From the NCBI GenBank assembly GCA_017303675.1, contig JAFLBX010000002.1, positions 1,204,488-1,268,487 of the forward strand: a stretch of DNA of 64,000 bases, read 5' to 3'. This DNA comes from Ignavibacteria bacterium (GTDB lineage: Bacteria; Bacteroidota; Ignavibacteria; Tepidaquicellales; OLB5). The translations under genes and the position numbers were made by a program. Shown here piece after piece: positions 27,959 to 36,137 of this stretch (positions are counted from its first letter, which is position 1; each line of letters opens with the position of its first letter). Below the pieces are notes generated by a model, which was not told where the DNA came from, did not search any database, and was given only the letters and a program-made list of their open reading frames with translations.

Positions 27959-28137
27959 TGCTTAGATATCTTCTCAACCTCTTCCTGAGTGACTACTTCA
28001 CCACGGGCTTCCTGCTCTTCGGACTCTTCAATATCTGAGAGGAAAGCAAGTTGTTTGTAAATATCTTCAAGGGTAGTCTCTGGCTCAACCCTTTCTGCGA
28101 TCTTTAAAAGTGATTCCTTTAGTTTAGTACTTTCCAT
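27946..28137 (-). CDS. Putative antitoxin of the RelE/ParE-like toxin
   Basis: 63-aa acidic ORF immediately upstream of the toxin gene and overlapping it. Confidence 0.55.
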   Translation of the reverse strand: MESTKLKESLLKIAERVEPETTLEDIYKQLAFLSDIEESEEQEARGEVVTQEEVEKISKQWLR

Positions 28138-28286
28138 GTACTAATATAAATAATACTTTTGATAAAAAAACGGTATTCACCCGCTCTAAAGTAAATGCCT
28201 TGTCTAAATCCATACTTTACGCTAAATTTGTAGCTAAATCATAAAAAACAGCAAAAAATTAATAATTCTTCATCCGTCAAATACCT

Positions 28287-28562
28287 ATGTATGAATCAGA
28301 TAAAATAATGTTCGAAATATACCGCGATAAGCAGTACAACGAAAAATTCCACGTGGTATATTATACAGAACTTAATGAGCACAATAAGCATGTTGAAATA
28401 AACCGCGCGCTTGCGGGCGAAAGCTACTTCGATGGCTTTATTAAAGATTACAAAAAAGAAGAAGCAAAACAGATAATCGAAGATATTGTTAAACAGCTTA
28501 ACGAGGGCAATACCGTCGAAAAAGCGGCTATAAAGGAAAAGTTAAAGGATTATACTCCATAA
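28287..28562 (+). CDS. Hypothetical small protein
   Basis: 91-aa ORF with a K/E-rich helical C-terminal half. No recognised motif. Confidence 0.4.
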   Translation: MYESDKIMFEIYRDKQYNEKFHVVYYTELNEHNKHVEINRALAGESYFDGFIKDYKKEEAKQIIEDIVKQLNEGNTVEKAAIKEKLKDYTP

Positions 28563-28568
28563 GTTAAA

Positions 28569-28684
28569 GTTTACAAGTTTCAGGTTTCAAGTTAATCAGT
28601 TAATAAATTGATTAGTCTATTAATTCGTTAAAGACTCAAAAATTCTTTCGTTTCACTTTTGACGTTTCACGTTTCACGTTTCAC
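28569..28684 (+). repeat. Word-like low-complexity repeats: GTTTACAA/GTTTCAG/GTTTCAA (28569-28593) and tandem GTTTCAC x3 plus a degenerate copy (28649-28684)
   Basis: Read directly from the spacer upstream of 28700..29389. Confidence 0.6.
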
Positions 28685-28699
28685 AAACAATTTCTCGCC

Positions 28700-29389
28700 T
28701 TGGAACACACACACAATAACATATTCATTGATGAGTTAAGCACACACTGGAAATTCACAGCAGGAGCTGTTGTAATTTCAGGTATAATTATTGCTTTATT
28801 AAAGCTCACCATTTTCCCCGAAGCAGCGCCTGAAACCGAACACCTTTTCGAAGGATTTTTTATCTCTCACTTATTTTTTGCCGCGCTTACACCTGCATCA
28901 CTGCTGGCTAAATATAAAAAAGCGCTTTGGCTCGGGGTTTTTGTGGCTATTGCAACCTCTTCTGTAACCTGTACCCTCAGTGATATTGTACTGCCCTATC
29001 TTGGCGGGCTTGCTTTGGGCTATGACATGCACTTTCATGTTTGTATAATCGAAGAGCCGGTAACTGCATGGAGCTTTGTTATTGGCGGAGCCCTGTTGGG
29101 GTTCCTGCTTTCAAATTCTGTTAGGAAACTCTCGCGCTACACACACGGACTGCATATTTTCCTGAGCTCAACAGCAGCAGGCATGTACCTGATAACATAC
29201 GGAGTAGAAGTAATATCGCTAAAAGCTCTAATTTTCCTTCCGATACTTGTCGTATCAGTACTGATACCATGTGTACTTAATGATATAGGTGTACCAAGTT
29301 ACATTGTATCAATTAATGCAGGCTCAAAAGCCAATAAACGCGAGCTGCTTGATGAAATTCATCATGAGCATCATGATCATCACCACTGA
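28700..29389 (+). CDS. Integral membrane protein (about 6 TM) with His-rich termini, possible metal-binding/transport role
   Basis: 229 aa with a TTG start, N-terminus MEHTHNN and C-terminus EIHHEHHDHHH. The stop codon sits in the loop of hairpin TCACCAC-TGA-GTGGTGA (29380-29396). Confidence 0.55.
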   Translation: MEHTHNNIFIDELSTHWKFTAGAVVISGIIIALLKLTIFPEAAPETEHLFEGFFISHLFFAALTPASLLAKYKKALWLGVFVAIATSSVTCTLSDIVLPYLGGLALGYDMHFHVCIIEEPVTAWSFVIGGALLGFLLSNSVRKLSRYTHGLHIFLSSTAAGMYLITYGVEVISLKALIFLPILVVSVLIPCVLNDIGVPSYIVSINAGSKANKRELLDEIHHEHHDHHH

Positions 29390-29473
29390 GTGGTGAGATA
29401 ATGAAATAGTGAGAAAGTGAAATGGTATAGTTGTGGAATTGGTGAGTGATTGAGTAGGTGAGTTGGATGTAGA

Positions 29474-29523
29474 GATATTTTGATATTTGATATTTGATAT
29501 TTGTTATTTGTTATTTGTTATTT
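29474..29523 (+). repeat. Heptamer tandem array: GATATTT x4 (one unit offset by an extra T) then GTTATTT x3
   Basis: Read directly. It forms the end of a 134-nt tract (29391-29524) with no C on the plus strand and overlaps the last codons of the convergent flippase gene. Confidence 0.85.
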
Positions 29524-30950
29524 GCTTTAAAAACTCTTTTCACCTTATACAATTCTGCTATTGATATAACCGCGCCTGCCAGAACTGCCGCAAAAATTAT
29601 CCTGTAAATAAGATCAAGTCCACCGAAGGTGTAAAAGAACACTGCTATTGCCGCGGTATCTATAGCAAGTATCAGCAAAACCTTGTTGATTTGATACTGT
29701 ACCGGGTAGAATTTTTGCGATACTATATAGATATACACTGCCATTGCAATGTAGCTGATAAGTGTTGATACCGCACCGCCGGTTATTCCCAAAACAGGGA
29801 TAAGCAAAAAGGCTGAAGCGATATTCAGCACCGCGCCTAATCCCGTAATTAACGGCAGGTACTTGGTTTTCTTTTCAATGTAAATTCCAGCAATAAGATT
29901 GGTATAAATACCGAGGAATAAATATGCAAAAAGCACTATCGGCACAATTACAACACCGCTCCAGTAACCGGGTCCAATAATATACCCTTTAAATGGCAGC
30001 GGGATTTTCACAATATCCTGGATCGTGAATGTAAGCAGTATCAAAACCACCGAAGCTCCGCCGGTAAACAGTGTAAGGATCCTTGCAAAGAGCGCTTTGG
30101 CATTGGGGTCTTTGGCATTATTCAAAAAGAAAGGCCGCCATGCATATTCGAACATTGATACAATTAGCATCATAAAAATGCCAAGCTTATAGTTAGCGTT
30201 ATAGATTCCCACTGTTTTGACATCAACAAGGTATCGCAGAATAATGATATTAAGGGTCTGCACCACCATTGATGCAAGCGCAGCGGGCAGGTAAGGTATA
30301 GAGAATTTCCAAAGCTCATTGAACAGCTGCCTGTGATAACTGAATGAAATGTTCTTTAATATATTAGGAAGCAGTATAAGCAGGGTAACCAGCGATGCAG
30401 CGAGGTTACTTATGAATACAGCTTCGAGCCCGAATTTAAATATAAGTATAAGTACAAGATTCAGGGTTACATTTACTGTAATATTTATAAGTTTAATAGA
30501 AGCGAATACCTTTGCTTTATTTTTAAGCCTGAGGTATGCAAAAGGTATCAGCGCAAGCGCATCAAAGAATAAAATGAACGCTGAGTATATAACAATGGAT
30601 TCATCCTTAACCCCTATCAATGCAGCTATGCTGCTGTGGAAGATAAGTATTAGACCCGATATTATGAGGCTGTTTATTGTGATGAGAAAAAACGGGTGTG
30701 TGAAGTTTTGCTTTTCATCGCCAACTTCTTTGGCAGAAGCGAAACGGAAATAGCCGGCTTCGAATCCGAAAGAATACACGATATTAAGGAATGCAATGTA
30801 GGCAAACACTACGGCAACAACGCCGTATTCCGCCGGCGGAAAAACATTGGTATAAAACGGTACGAGAATAAAATTCAGAAAGCGGCCAATAATAGTGCTT
30901 GTGCCGTATATCAGGGTTTGTTTGGAAAGACTTTTAATTTTATCGAGCAT
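29511..30950 (-). CDS. MOP-superfamily oligosaccharide/polysaccharide flippase (Wzx-like)
   Basis: 479 aa with 12-14 hydrophobic helices. The N-terminus SLSKQTLIYGTSTIIGRFLNFILVPFYT is typical of polysaccharide biosynthesis (PST) family proteins. Confidence 0.8.
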   Translation of the reverse strand: MLDKIKSLSKQTLIYGTSTIIGRFLNFILVPFYTNVFPPAEYGVVAVVFAYIAFLNIVYSFGFEAGYFRFASAKEVGDEKQNFTHPFFLITINSLIISGLILIFHSSIAALIGVKDESIVIYSAFILFFDALALIPFAYLRLKNKAKVFASIKLINITVNVTLNLVLILIFKFGLEAVFISNLAASLVTLLILLPNILKNISFSYHRQLFNELWKFSIPYLPAALASMVVQTLNIIILRYLVDVKTVGIYNANYKLGIFMMLIVSMFEYAWRPFFLNNAKDPNAKALFARILTLFTGGASVVLILLTFTIQDIVKIPLPFKGYIIGPGYWSGVVIVPIVLFAYLFLGIYTNLIAGIYIEKKTKYLPLITGLGAVLNIASAFLLIPVLGITGGAVSTLISYIAMAVYIYIVSQKFYPVQYQINKVLLILAIDTAAIAVFFYTFGGLDLIYRIIFAAVLAGAVISIAELYKVKRVFKANNK

Positions 30951-31016
30951 TCAGCTACAAATATAGCTAAAATTATGGTTTTTTATAAGTTGCCGGTTTT
31001 TGCGGGAGGGATTTAG

Positions 31017-31064
31017 AACACGGATTGAACTGATTTGACTGATTTTCGCGGATTTATTCAGTTT
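31017..31064 (+). repeat. Truncated copy of a CACGGAT...CTGAT...GCGGATTTA element (full copy at 33042-33121)
   Basis: 42 of 48 identical positions with 33040-33087 when aligned by eye. The similarity stops exactly where the REP doublet begins at 31065. Confidence 0.6.
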
Positions 31065-31827
31065 CGCCGTCGTTGGTGTTTTCACCAACGACCAAAAGTA
31101 TTCGTCGTTTATTACGCCGTCGTTGGTGTTTTCACCAACGACCAGAATATACCGTCATTTATGCAAGGTTGCAACCGTTGTTTTTAACCCGTAAACGATT
31201 AAACATATTCTGCACCAAGATTGCTCAAGAAACCAAAATCATCTATACCTTCATAGTAAAACCGAGCTGACGAATACTTATAATCAACTATCGTCTGTGC
31301 AAGATTCCACTTGGGATGAATTGGATTAGAATGGATGTAATCGATCTTTTGTTTAATCACATTTAGACTTAACAGCTCAACTGATAGTGGATCTCTTTCC
31401 CAGAATTGAAACTCCCTGTCCTTCGCATTGACCCTATAAGATTCCAAATTTTCAGGGTTTTCTGTTACAAGCTTTGCTTTCATCTTTTGCGCAGTAAATT
31501 TGAGAAAATCTCTTTGAACATTTTGTAGTAAATGAGGTTCATGGATCCGCCAGACAAGATGGATATGATTCGGCATAATAACAAAAGCATAGATCTTTAC
31601 TCTTTCATCTTTGACAAGAAATTTCATGCTGTGGGTGATAATCTCCTTATATTCATCGTTTTTTAATAGATGTTTCCATTCAAGAATTGTGGCAGTAAAG
31701 AAAAAGAGATTTGTTGACATATTGGATTTTAAGATTTTGTGGCAGTAAAATAGCAAAAGTTTTTGATAGTCGAAATCCTAAAGAACTCTTAAGTATTTTG
31801 TCGTTGGTGAAAACACCAACGACGGCG
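31065..31827 (-). mobile_element. RAYT-REP module: Y1/HUH transposase gene flanked by inverted REP hairpins
   Basis: CGCCGTCGTTGGTG-TTTT-CACCAACGAC occurs at 31065-31092 and 31115-31142. Its exact reverse complement is at 31800-31827 on the other side of the gene. Confidence 0.85.
31199..31720 (-). CDS. REP-associated tyrosine transposase (RAYT; IS200/IS605 TnpA-like Y1 HUH enzyme)
   Basis: HUH motif PNHIHLVW, catalytic Tyr region IDYIHSNP and about 170 aa in size. The likely start is the ATG at 31720 (MSTNLFFF...) rather than the track start at 31756. Confidence 0.85.
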   Translation of the reverse strand: MSTNLFFFTATILEWKHLLKNDEYKEIITHSMKFLVKDERVKIYAFVIMPNHIHLVWRIHEPHLLQNVQRDFLKFTAQKMKAKLVTENPENLESYRVNAKDREFQFWERDPLSVELLSLNVIKQKIDYIHSNPIHPKWNLAQTIVDYKYSSARFYYEGIDDFGFLSNLGAEYV

Positions 31828-31834
31828 GGAAATT

Positions 31835-32965
31835 TCATTTTTTATTACCAATCCATAAAGTAGAATTTTCAATGTTAATTTCTGAATAAGCTTGTAATAC
31901 TGTATATGTATTTTCATCAATAATATTTGATAAAAAGTTTAAAAATGGAGATGGGCTAGCATAATAACTCAGTCCCATTTCCAAACTTAATTTACTTCCA
32001 TTCCAATGCGTAATTCCTCTCCTGTATGGCGGTACGAAAAGGAAATCCTCCGAAACTTCCACTAAAAACAAAAAATTTTGTAAATTTGCACCTACTGGGT
32101 TAATTCCGTAAGTTGGGGCTACATAAACAATTTTCTTATTAAAACAAATAGCATCATAAAAGTTCATACCGTTAAAACCATCCAGACATATTGTTTGTTC
32201 ACTGGAATTGAATTGGAGACCAATTTTCATACCGTTTAAATGAGCTAGATAAGTATGTGGTGTGTCATAAGAATATAAATATTGAGTAAACACGTTTTCG
32301 AAAGTGGTATCCTTTAATCTGTAAAGTGATTGTTTTGTATATGCTGTATCAAATCTAATACCTATATACTCAATCATATTTTCATTTGAGACATAAAACA
32401 AATCCGGAATTAATGTCGGATCATCATATAAGTAATAATGTAATTTACTGCCGTCATATTTTATTATACCTCCTTTAGAAATTGCCCAAACCTCGTTCGA
32501 ATTTCTTACGCAACCTCTGACAGGATATTCATCAATTGCATCAATTTCTGAATCAATAAACTCAAAGCTTGCCCCGTTGTATTTAATGATAGATAATTTT
32601 CGACCTGGGAATTTAGTGCCAAATAAATAAATTTCATTATTTGAAATTCCTTTTAAATCTGTTAGATAATAATCAGGACTTACAATGTTTACTGTAGTTA
32701 CGCCATTATCTACTTTGTATAATGAATTATTGTTATTATTTAATAAAAAAATATTATTCGTATCTGTTCCCCAAAGCCCGGCAAAACCATGATATGGAAT
32801 ATCAACACTCCTCCAGATAAATCTCGGCGGGTCGAATTCTTCGTCTACGACCGTAACAGAGTCATCACCGCAGGCGCAAGTATATAATGCTAATAATACA
32901 ATAATAATAGAATTTATTTGTTGTAAGAATTTCTTGATGTTGATATTTTTGTGGGTAAATATCAT
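31835..32965 (-). CDS. Hypothetical lipoprotein, beta-propeller-like
   Basis: 376 aa with a lipobox-like LALYTCACG. The body is rich in N/Y/I, looks more AT-rich than its neighbours, and shows repeated strand patterns. Confidence 0.5.
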   Translation of the reverse strand: MIFTHKNINIKKFLQQINSIIIVLLALYTCACGDDSVTVVDEEFDPPRFIWRSVDIPYHGFAGLWGTDTNNIFLLNNNNNSLYKVDNGVTTVNIVSPDYYLTDLKGISNNEIYLFGTKFPGRKLSIIKYNGASFEFIDSEIDAIDEYPVRGCVRNSNEVWAISKGGIIKYDGSKLHYYLYDDPTLIPDLFYVSNENMIEYIGIRFDTAYTKQSLYRLKDTTFENVFTQYLYSYDTPHTYLAHLNGMKIGLQFNSSEQTICLDGFNGMNFYDAICFNKKIVYVAPTYGINPVGANLQNFLFLVEVSEDFLFVPPYRRGITHWNGSKLSLEMGLSYYASPSPFLNFLSNIIDENTYTVLQAYSEINIENSTLWIGNKK

Positions 32966-33041
32966 ACTGGTTTTAGGTAATTTTATTATTCAAATATAAG
33001 ATGATGTTATGCAGAAAGCAAATACAAAAAAGCCGGAAACA

Positions 33042-33121
33042 GAACACGGATGACACTGATTAGACTGATTTTTGCGGATTTAATCAGTGTTTATCAGCAC
33101 AATCTGCGTTATCAGAGTTCC
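33042..33121 (+). repeat. Full copy of the CACGGAT...CTGAT element
   Basis: GAACACGGATGACACTGATTAGACTGATTTTTGCGGATTTAATCAGTGTTTATCAGCACAATCTGCGTTATCAGAGTTCC, with internal ATCAG/CTGAT inverted motifs. Confidence 0.6.
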
Positions 33122-33140
33122 ATTTGTTTTTTTTTGCCAA

Positions 33141-33163
33141 TAAAAAAGCCCCGCAAGCGGGGC
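33141..33163 (-). terminator. Rho-independent terminator after 33190..33579
   Basis: GCCCCGC-AA-GCGGGGC (33148-33163), followed on the minus strand by a T-run. Confidence 0.75.
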
Positions 33164-33189
33164 TGTGAAATATAAGCTAAACTTAAATA

Positions 33190-33579
33190 CTATCTCCAGT
33201 TAATTCTTACACTGCCTGATGTAAGCCTGTAGTCGAAGCAGTCATATACATCAAATGAATACCTGCCTGCATCATAAAATGTGATCTTTTTCCAGAACCA
33301 AACCCAGTTCTTTTCTGTATCAACATAAACTGTGTTATCGTAATTTCCGTCTTTGTAGATCTCAAATCTGACTGAGCGGCAAGCAACTTCATACGGCAGC
33401 CTGACGAGCACGTAAACATAACCGCCGCCTGAACCGATATTGAATGTGGAGCTTTCTGTTATCGGGTAACCGTCATCGGTAACGCCTTCACAGAAATAGA
33501 TTGACTGCGCGTTTGAGCTCTGCCCAACAAGCATAAGCGCCAGCGCGAATAATGAAGCTGTGAGTAATTTTTTAATCAT
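33190..33579 (-). CDS. Small secreted protein with an uncharacterised ~100-aa beta domain
   Basis: 129 aa with a signal peptide. The domain is shared with 33706..34245 (IYF.E....G, IG..GGY, F(Y/H)TFY.AG.Y, SG.V.I). Confidence 0.55.
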   Translation of the reverse strand: MIKKLLTASLFALALMLVGQSSNAQSIYFCEGVTDDGYPITESSTFNIGSGGGYVYVLVRLPYEVACRSVRFEIYKDGNYDNTVYVDTEKNWVWFWKKITFYDAGRYSFDVYDCFDYRLTSGSVRINWR

Positions 33580-33705
33580 TTTATTAAATGATCCTTTCCT
33601 TCTGAATTAATTTCCTTTTTAATATGTTTCGTTGTAAAACTTTATCCGTTTAAACACCACAGGCATCCCTTTTTAAAAGATGCCTGCAGTTAATATACGA
33701 ACTTA

Positions 33706-34245
33706 TTACCTCATTGAAATTTTCACTTCGCCTGATGCAACCGGTGTGCCGTCAGGTTTTAAAGCTGTAACTTTGTAGTCGCCTGCTGAATAGAATGTAT
33801 GGAATTTATCGAAGAAGATATAATCCCAGTCAGGCTGTACATCAAATTTTTCTGTTGCAATAATTTTTTCGCTTGGTCCAAGCTTTGTAATTCTGAGCTC
33901 AAGCTTGCCTACGCCGATCTTCTTGCCAGTGCCTCTCATATCGATCATACATGTAAAATATCCGCCGTTCTTTCCGATAATGAACTCATCTGATCTGCCG
34001 ATCTCTTTACCGCCGGTGTATTCTTCAACAAAATACAGCTTTACATCACTTGATGAAGTTTCATCGGTCTTTCTTTCATCAGTTTTTCTCTCATCGCTCT
34101 TTGTATCTTCCTTCTTTGTATCCTCTTTCTTTGTATCTTCCTTTTTGTCCTCTTTTTTGTCATCTTTGTTTGAGCTGCATACATAGCCAACCGCAAACAT
34201 AACCATTAAAGCAATTAAAAACTTTAACTTGTGGTTGTTTAACAT
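33706..34245 (-). CDS. Lipoprotein paralog of 33190..33579 with a KKEDT/ERKTD repeat linker
   Basis: 179 aa with a lipobox-like VGYVCSS, then the linker KDDKKEDKKEDTKKEDTKKEDTKSDERKTDERKTDE, then the shared domain. Confidence 0.55.
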   Translation of the reverse strand: MLNNHKLKFLIALMVMFAVGYVCSSNKDDKKEDKKEDTKKEDTKKEDTKSDERKTDERKTDETSSSDVKLYFVEEYTGGKEIGRSDEFIIGKNGGYFTCMIDMRGTGKKIGVGKLELRITKLGPSEKIIATEKFDVQPDWDYIFFDKFHTFYSAGDYKVTALKPDGTPVASGEVKISMR

Positions 34246-34420
34246 TTTGTTTTCTCCTTTAGAAAAGTTGTTTTGAATTGAAATAATTTAAAAATTTGCA
34301 AATACCCCAAGTGATGCGTTATAGAAATGTGAGTTAATGATTTGAATTCTAATCAAAATTATGCATTTTTTGGAAAATAATCAATAATGAATTGTAATAT
34401 TTAGTAAAATTTCAGATTTA

Positions 34421-35302
34421 TTAAAATTCGAGCGAAAAGTCACAGCTTTTGTATGAATGTGTTAAAGCGCCCAGAGAATAAAAATCGACCCCTTTTTGCT
34501 GATATTTTGCAAAATTTGAAGCATTTATGCCCCCGGAAAGCTCAATTTTAAACTTATTTGCCTTAAGCAACTCTATAGCCTTTTTAAGCTGTGCAGGCTT
34601 GAAATTATCCAGCATTACAATTTCTATGATTCCCCTGCCAAATTTTATTACCAATTCAAGCTCATTCATTGTTTTTACTTCGATCTCAAATTTTTGTTTC
34701 AGCCTGTATGGAATATTTTTACGCAGCAGGAAGTCAATTGTGTTCGCCATTCCGCCAAGCGCTTCAATGTGGTTATCTTTAATCATTACAGCTGAGCCTA
34801 AATTCAGCCTGTGGAAATCACCGCCGCCGGTTTTAACCGCAGCAGCTTCAAAAACCCTGAAGTTTGGTGTGGTTTTTCTGGTGTGAAGTATCTTTGCGTT
34901 TTTATCTTTCAGTTTCGTTACAAAAAAGTTCGTCATTGATGCAATACCGCTCATTCGCTGAAGGAAATTCAAAGCGGTACGCTCACCCCGCAGCAAAACG
35001 CTCCTGCTTGCGGTCAATTCCAGAACCTTCTTCCCTTTTTTTATAAACTGCCCGTCTTTGGCAAAATCTATGAACCTGACATTTTTATCTATCAGCCTGT
35101 ATGTTTGTTTGAATATTTCAATACCTGCTAAGATACACTCCTGCTTACAAAGCAAAACCGCTTTAAGCCTGCTGTTACCCGGTTTACCGGAAAGCAAAAG
35201 CTCTGTTGTAACATCGCGGGTTATTTTATCTTCAGCCAGCGCTTGTTTTATTTTTGTCTCAATTTCACCGGCATTAATTTTGTAATACTGCTTTAATTCC
35301 AT
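34421..35302 (-). CDS. nadC: Nicotinate-nucleotide pyrophosphorylase (quinolinate phosphoribosyltransferase)
   Basis: 293 aa with the blocks ERTALNFLQRMSGIAS, TRKTTP, IKDNH and VMLDNF. Confidence 0.92.
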   Translation of the reverse strand: MELKQYYKINAGEIETKIKQALAEDKITRDVTTELLLSGKPGNSRLKAVLLCKQECILAGIEIFKQTYRLIDKNVRFIDFAKDGQFIKKGKKVLELTASRSVLLRGERTALNFLQRMSGIASMTNFFVTKLKDKNAKILHTRKTTPNFRVFEAAAVKTGGGDFHRLNLGSAVMIKDNHIEALGGMANTIDFLLRKNIPYRLKQKFEIEVKTMNELELVIKFGRGIIEIVMLDNFKPAQLKKAIELLKANKFKIELSGGINASNFAKYQQKGVDFYSLGALTHSYKSCDFSLEF

Positions 35303-35505
35303 TATGATCTTTTATAACACTTAAGTTCTTCAATTCTGCTTACGCCTTCCGGCAGTACTGCGTCATCTATCAGCAGCAATGGGATGCCTTCAGCTACGGG
35401 AAATTTAGCGCCGCAATTGGTACATTCAAGAAAGTCACCTTCAGGTTTCAGCGGATACTTTCCGAGCGGGCAAACCAGGTCATCAGTAAATTTTACTTCG
35501 TTCAT
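35302..35505 (-). CDS. Trm112/YcaR (UPF0434) family small zinc-ribbon-like protein
   Basis: LVCPLGKYPL...LECTNCGAKFPVAEGIPLLLIDDA. I prefer the ATG at 35505, which avoids overlap with the upstream thioesterase gene. Confidence 0.75.
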   Translation of the reverse strand: MNEVKFTDDLVCPLGKYPLKPEGDFLECTNCGAKFPVAEGIPLLLIDDAVLPEGVSRIEELKCYKRS

Positions 35506-35509
35506 ATAT

Positions 35510-35914
35510 TTATTTAAAATGCGGCGAAACGATTTCAACAAAATCCTTAGGAGGGCGAACAGGCTTCATAGTGCCGAGATTAATAAAAGAATGCACGGTA
35601 TAACCTGTTACTATCAGCCTTTCATTCACATAAAGCCCGTAATCTATTTTAACGCGCACGCCTGGCATGGCCTGCAGCATAGCTTTAACGGTAACTATAT
35701 CATCATATTTAGCTGTGGAAATGTAATTTGCGTGCGCTTCGATAACGGGCAGTCCGTAATTCAGCTTTTCAAGCTCAGTGTAAGGATAGCCCAGCTCACG
35801 CAGCAGTGTATTCCTTCCTGCTTCGAAGTATTCAAGGTAACGCCCGTTATTCACAATACCCATATTATCGGTATGCGCATAGAGTACTCTTATATTTACT
35901 TCAGATTTTATCAT
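35510..35914 (-). CDS. YbgC/4HBT-family acyl-CoA thioesterase (hotdog fold)
   Basis: 134 aa with VLYAHTDNMGIVNNGRYLEYFEAGR, typical of YbgC-like thioesterases. Confidence 0.85.
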   Translation of the reverse strand: MIKSEVNIRVLYAHTDNMGIVNNGRYLEYFEAGRNTLLRELGYPYTELEKLNYGLPVIEAHANYISTAKYDDIVTVKAMLQAMPGVRVKIDYGLYVNERLIVTGYTVHSFINLGTMKPVRPPKDFVEIVSPHFK

Positions 35915-35946
35915 ATAATTCGCATTTTAAAAGATAAAAATACTTT

Positions 35947-36102
35947 ACCACAGAGGGCACAGAGGTTTTACTTTTAGTTTGCATAGTTTTTTTACCTGAA
36001 TAAACTCAAGTAAAAAAATTTTCATTAATCCTTTACAATTAATGCATTCTTTCATTTTTAAAGATCAAATAAGCTCTCTGTGTACTCTGTGTTCTCCGTG
36101 GT
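35947..36102 (+). repeat. MITE-like element, copy A (terminal inverted repeats ACCACAGAGGGCACAGAGG ... CTCTCTGTGTACTCTGTGTTCTCCGTGGT)
   Basis: Read directly. Shares its termini and internal blocks (ACCTGAA.AAACTC, AAATTTTCATTAA) with copy B. Confidence 0.7.
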
Positions 36103-36137
36103 TTATACTTTTGACTTTCGCCCGTTTTCTGAATTGA

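Noticed and set aside
29474-29523. Tandem heptamer array (and the 14-mer triplet at 39968-40009) considered as a possible CRISPR array
   Set aside because: The units are 7 and 14 nt with no spacers between them, and no cas genes are nearby. These are simple tandem repeats.
31737-31752. Sigma-54-like element TGGCAGTAAAATAGCA with correct GG/GC spacing
   Set aside because: It lies inside the 5' region of the RAYT locus on the opposite strand with no downstream plus-strand gene. It is also one of the two copies of the 13-nt direct repeat TTGTGGCAGTAAA, so the match is probably by chance.
35384-35977. 197-aa plus-strand ORF
   Set aside because: It lies entirely antisense to the well-supported Trm112-like and YbgC-like thioesterase genes and has no motifs. 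It is probably a shadow ORF.
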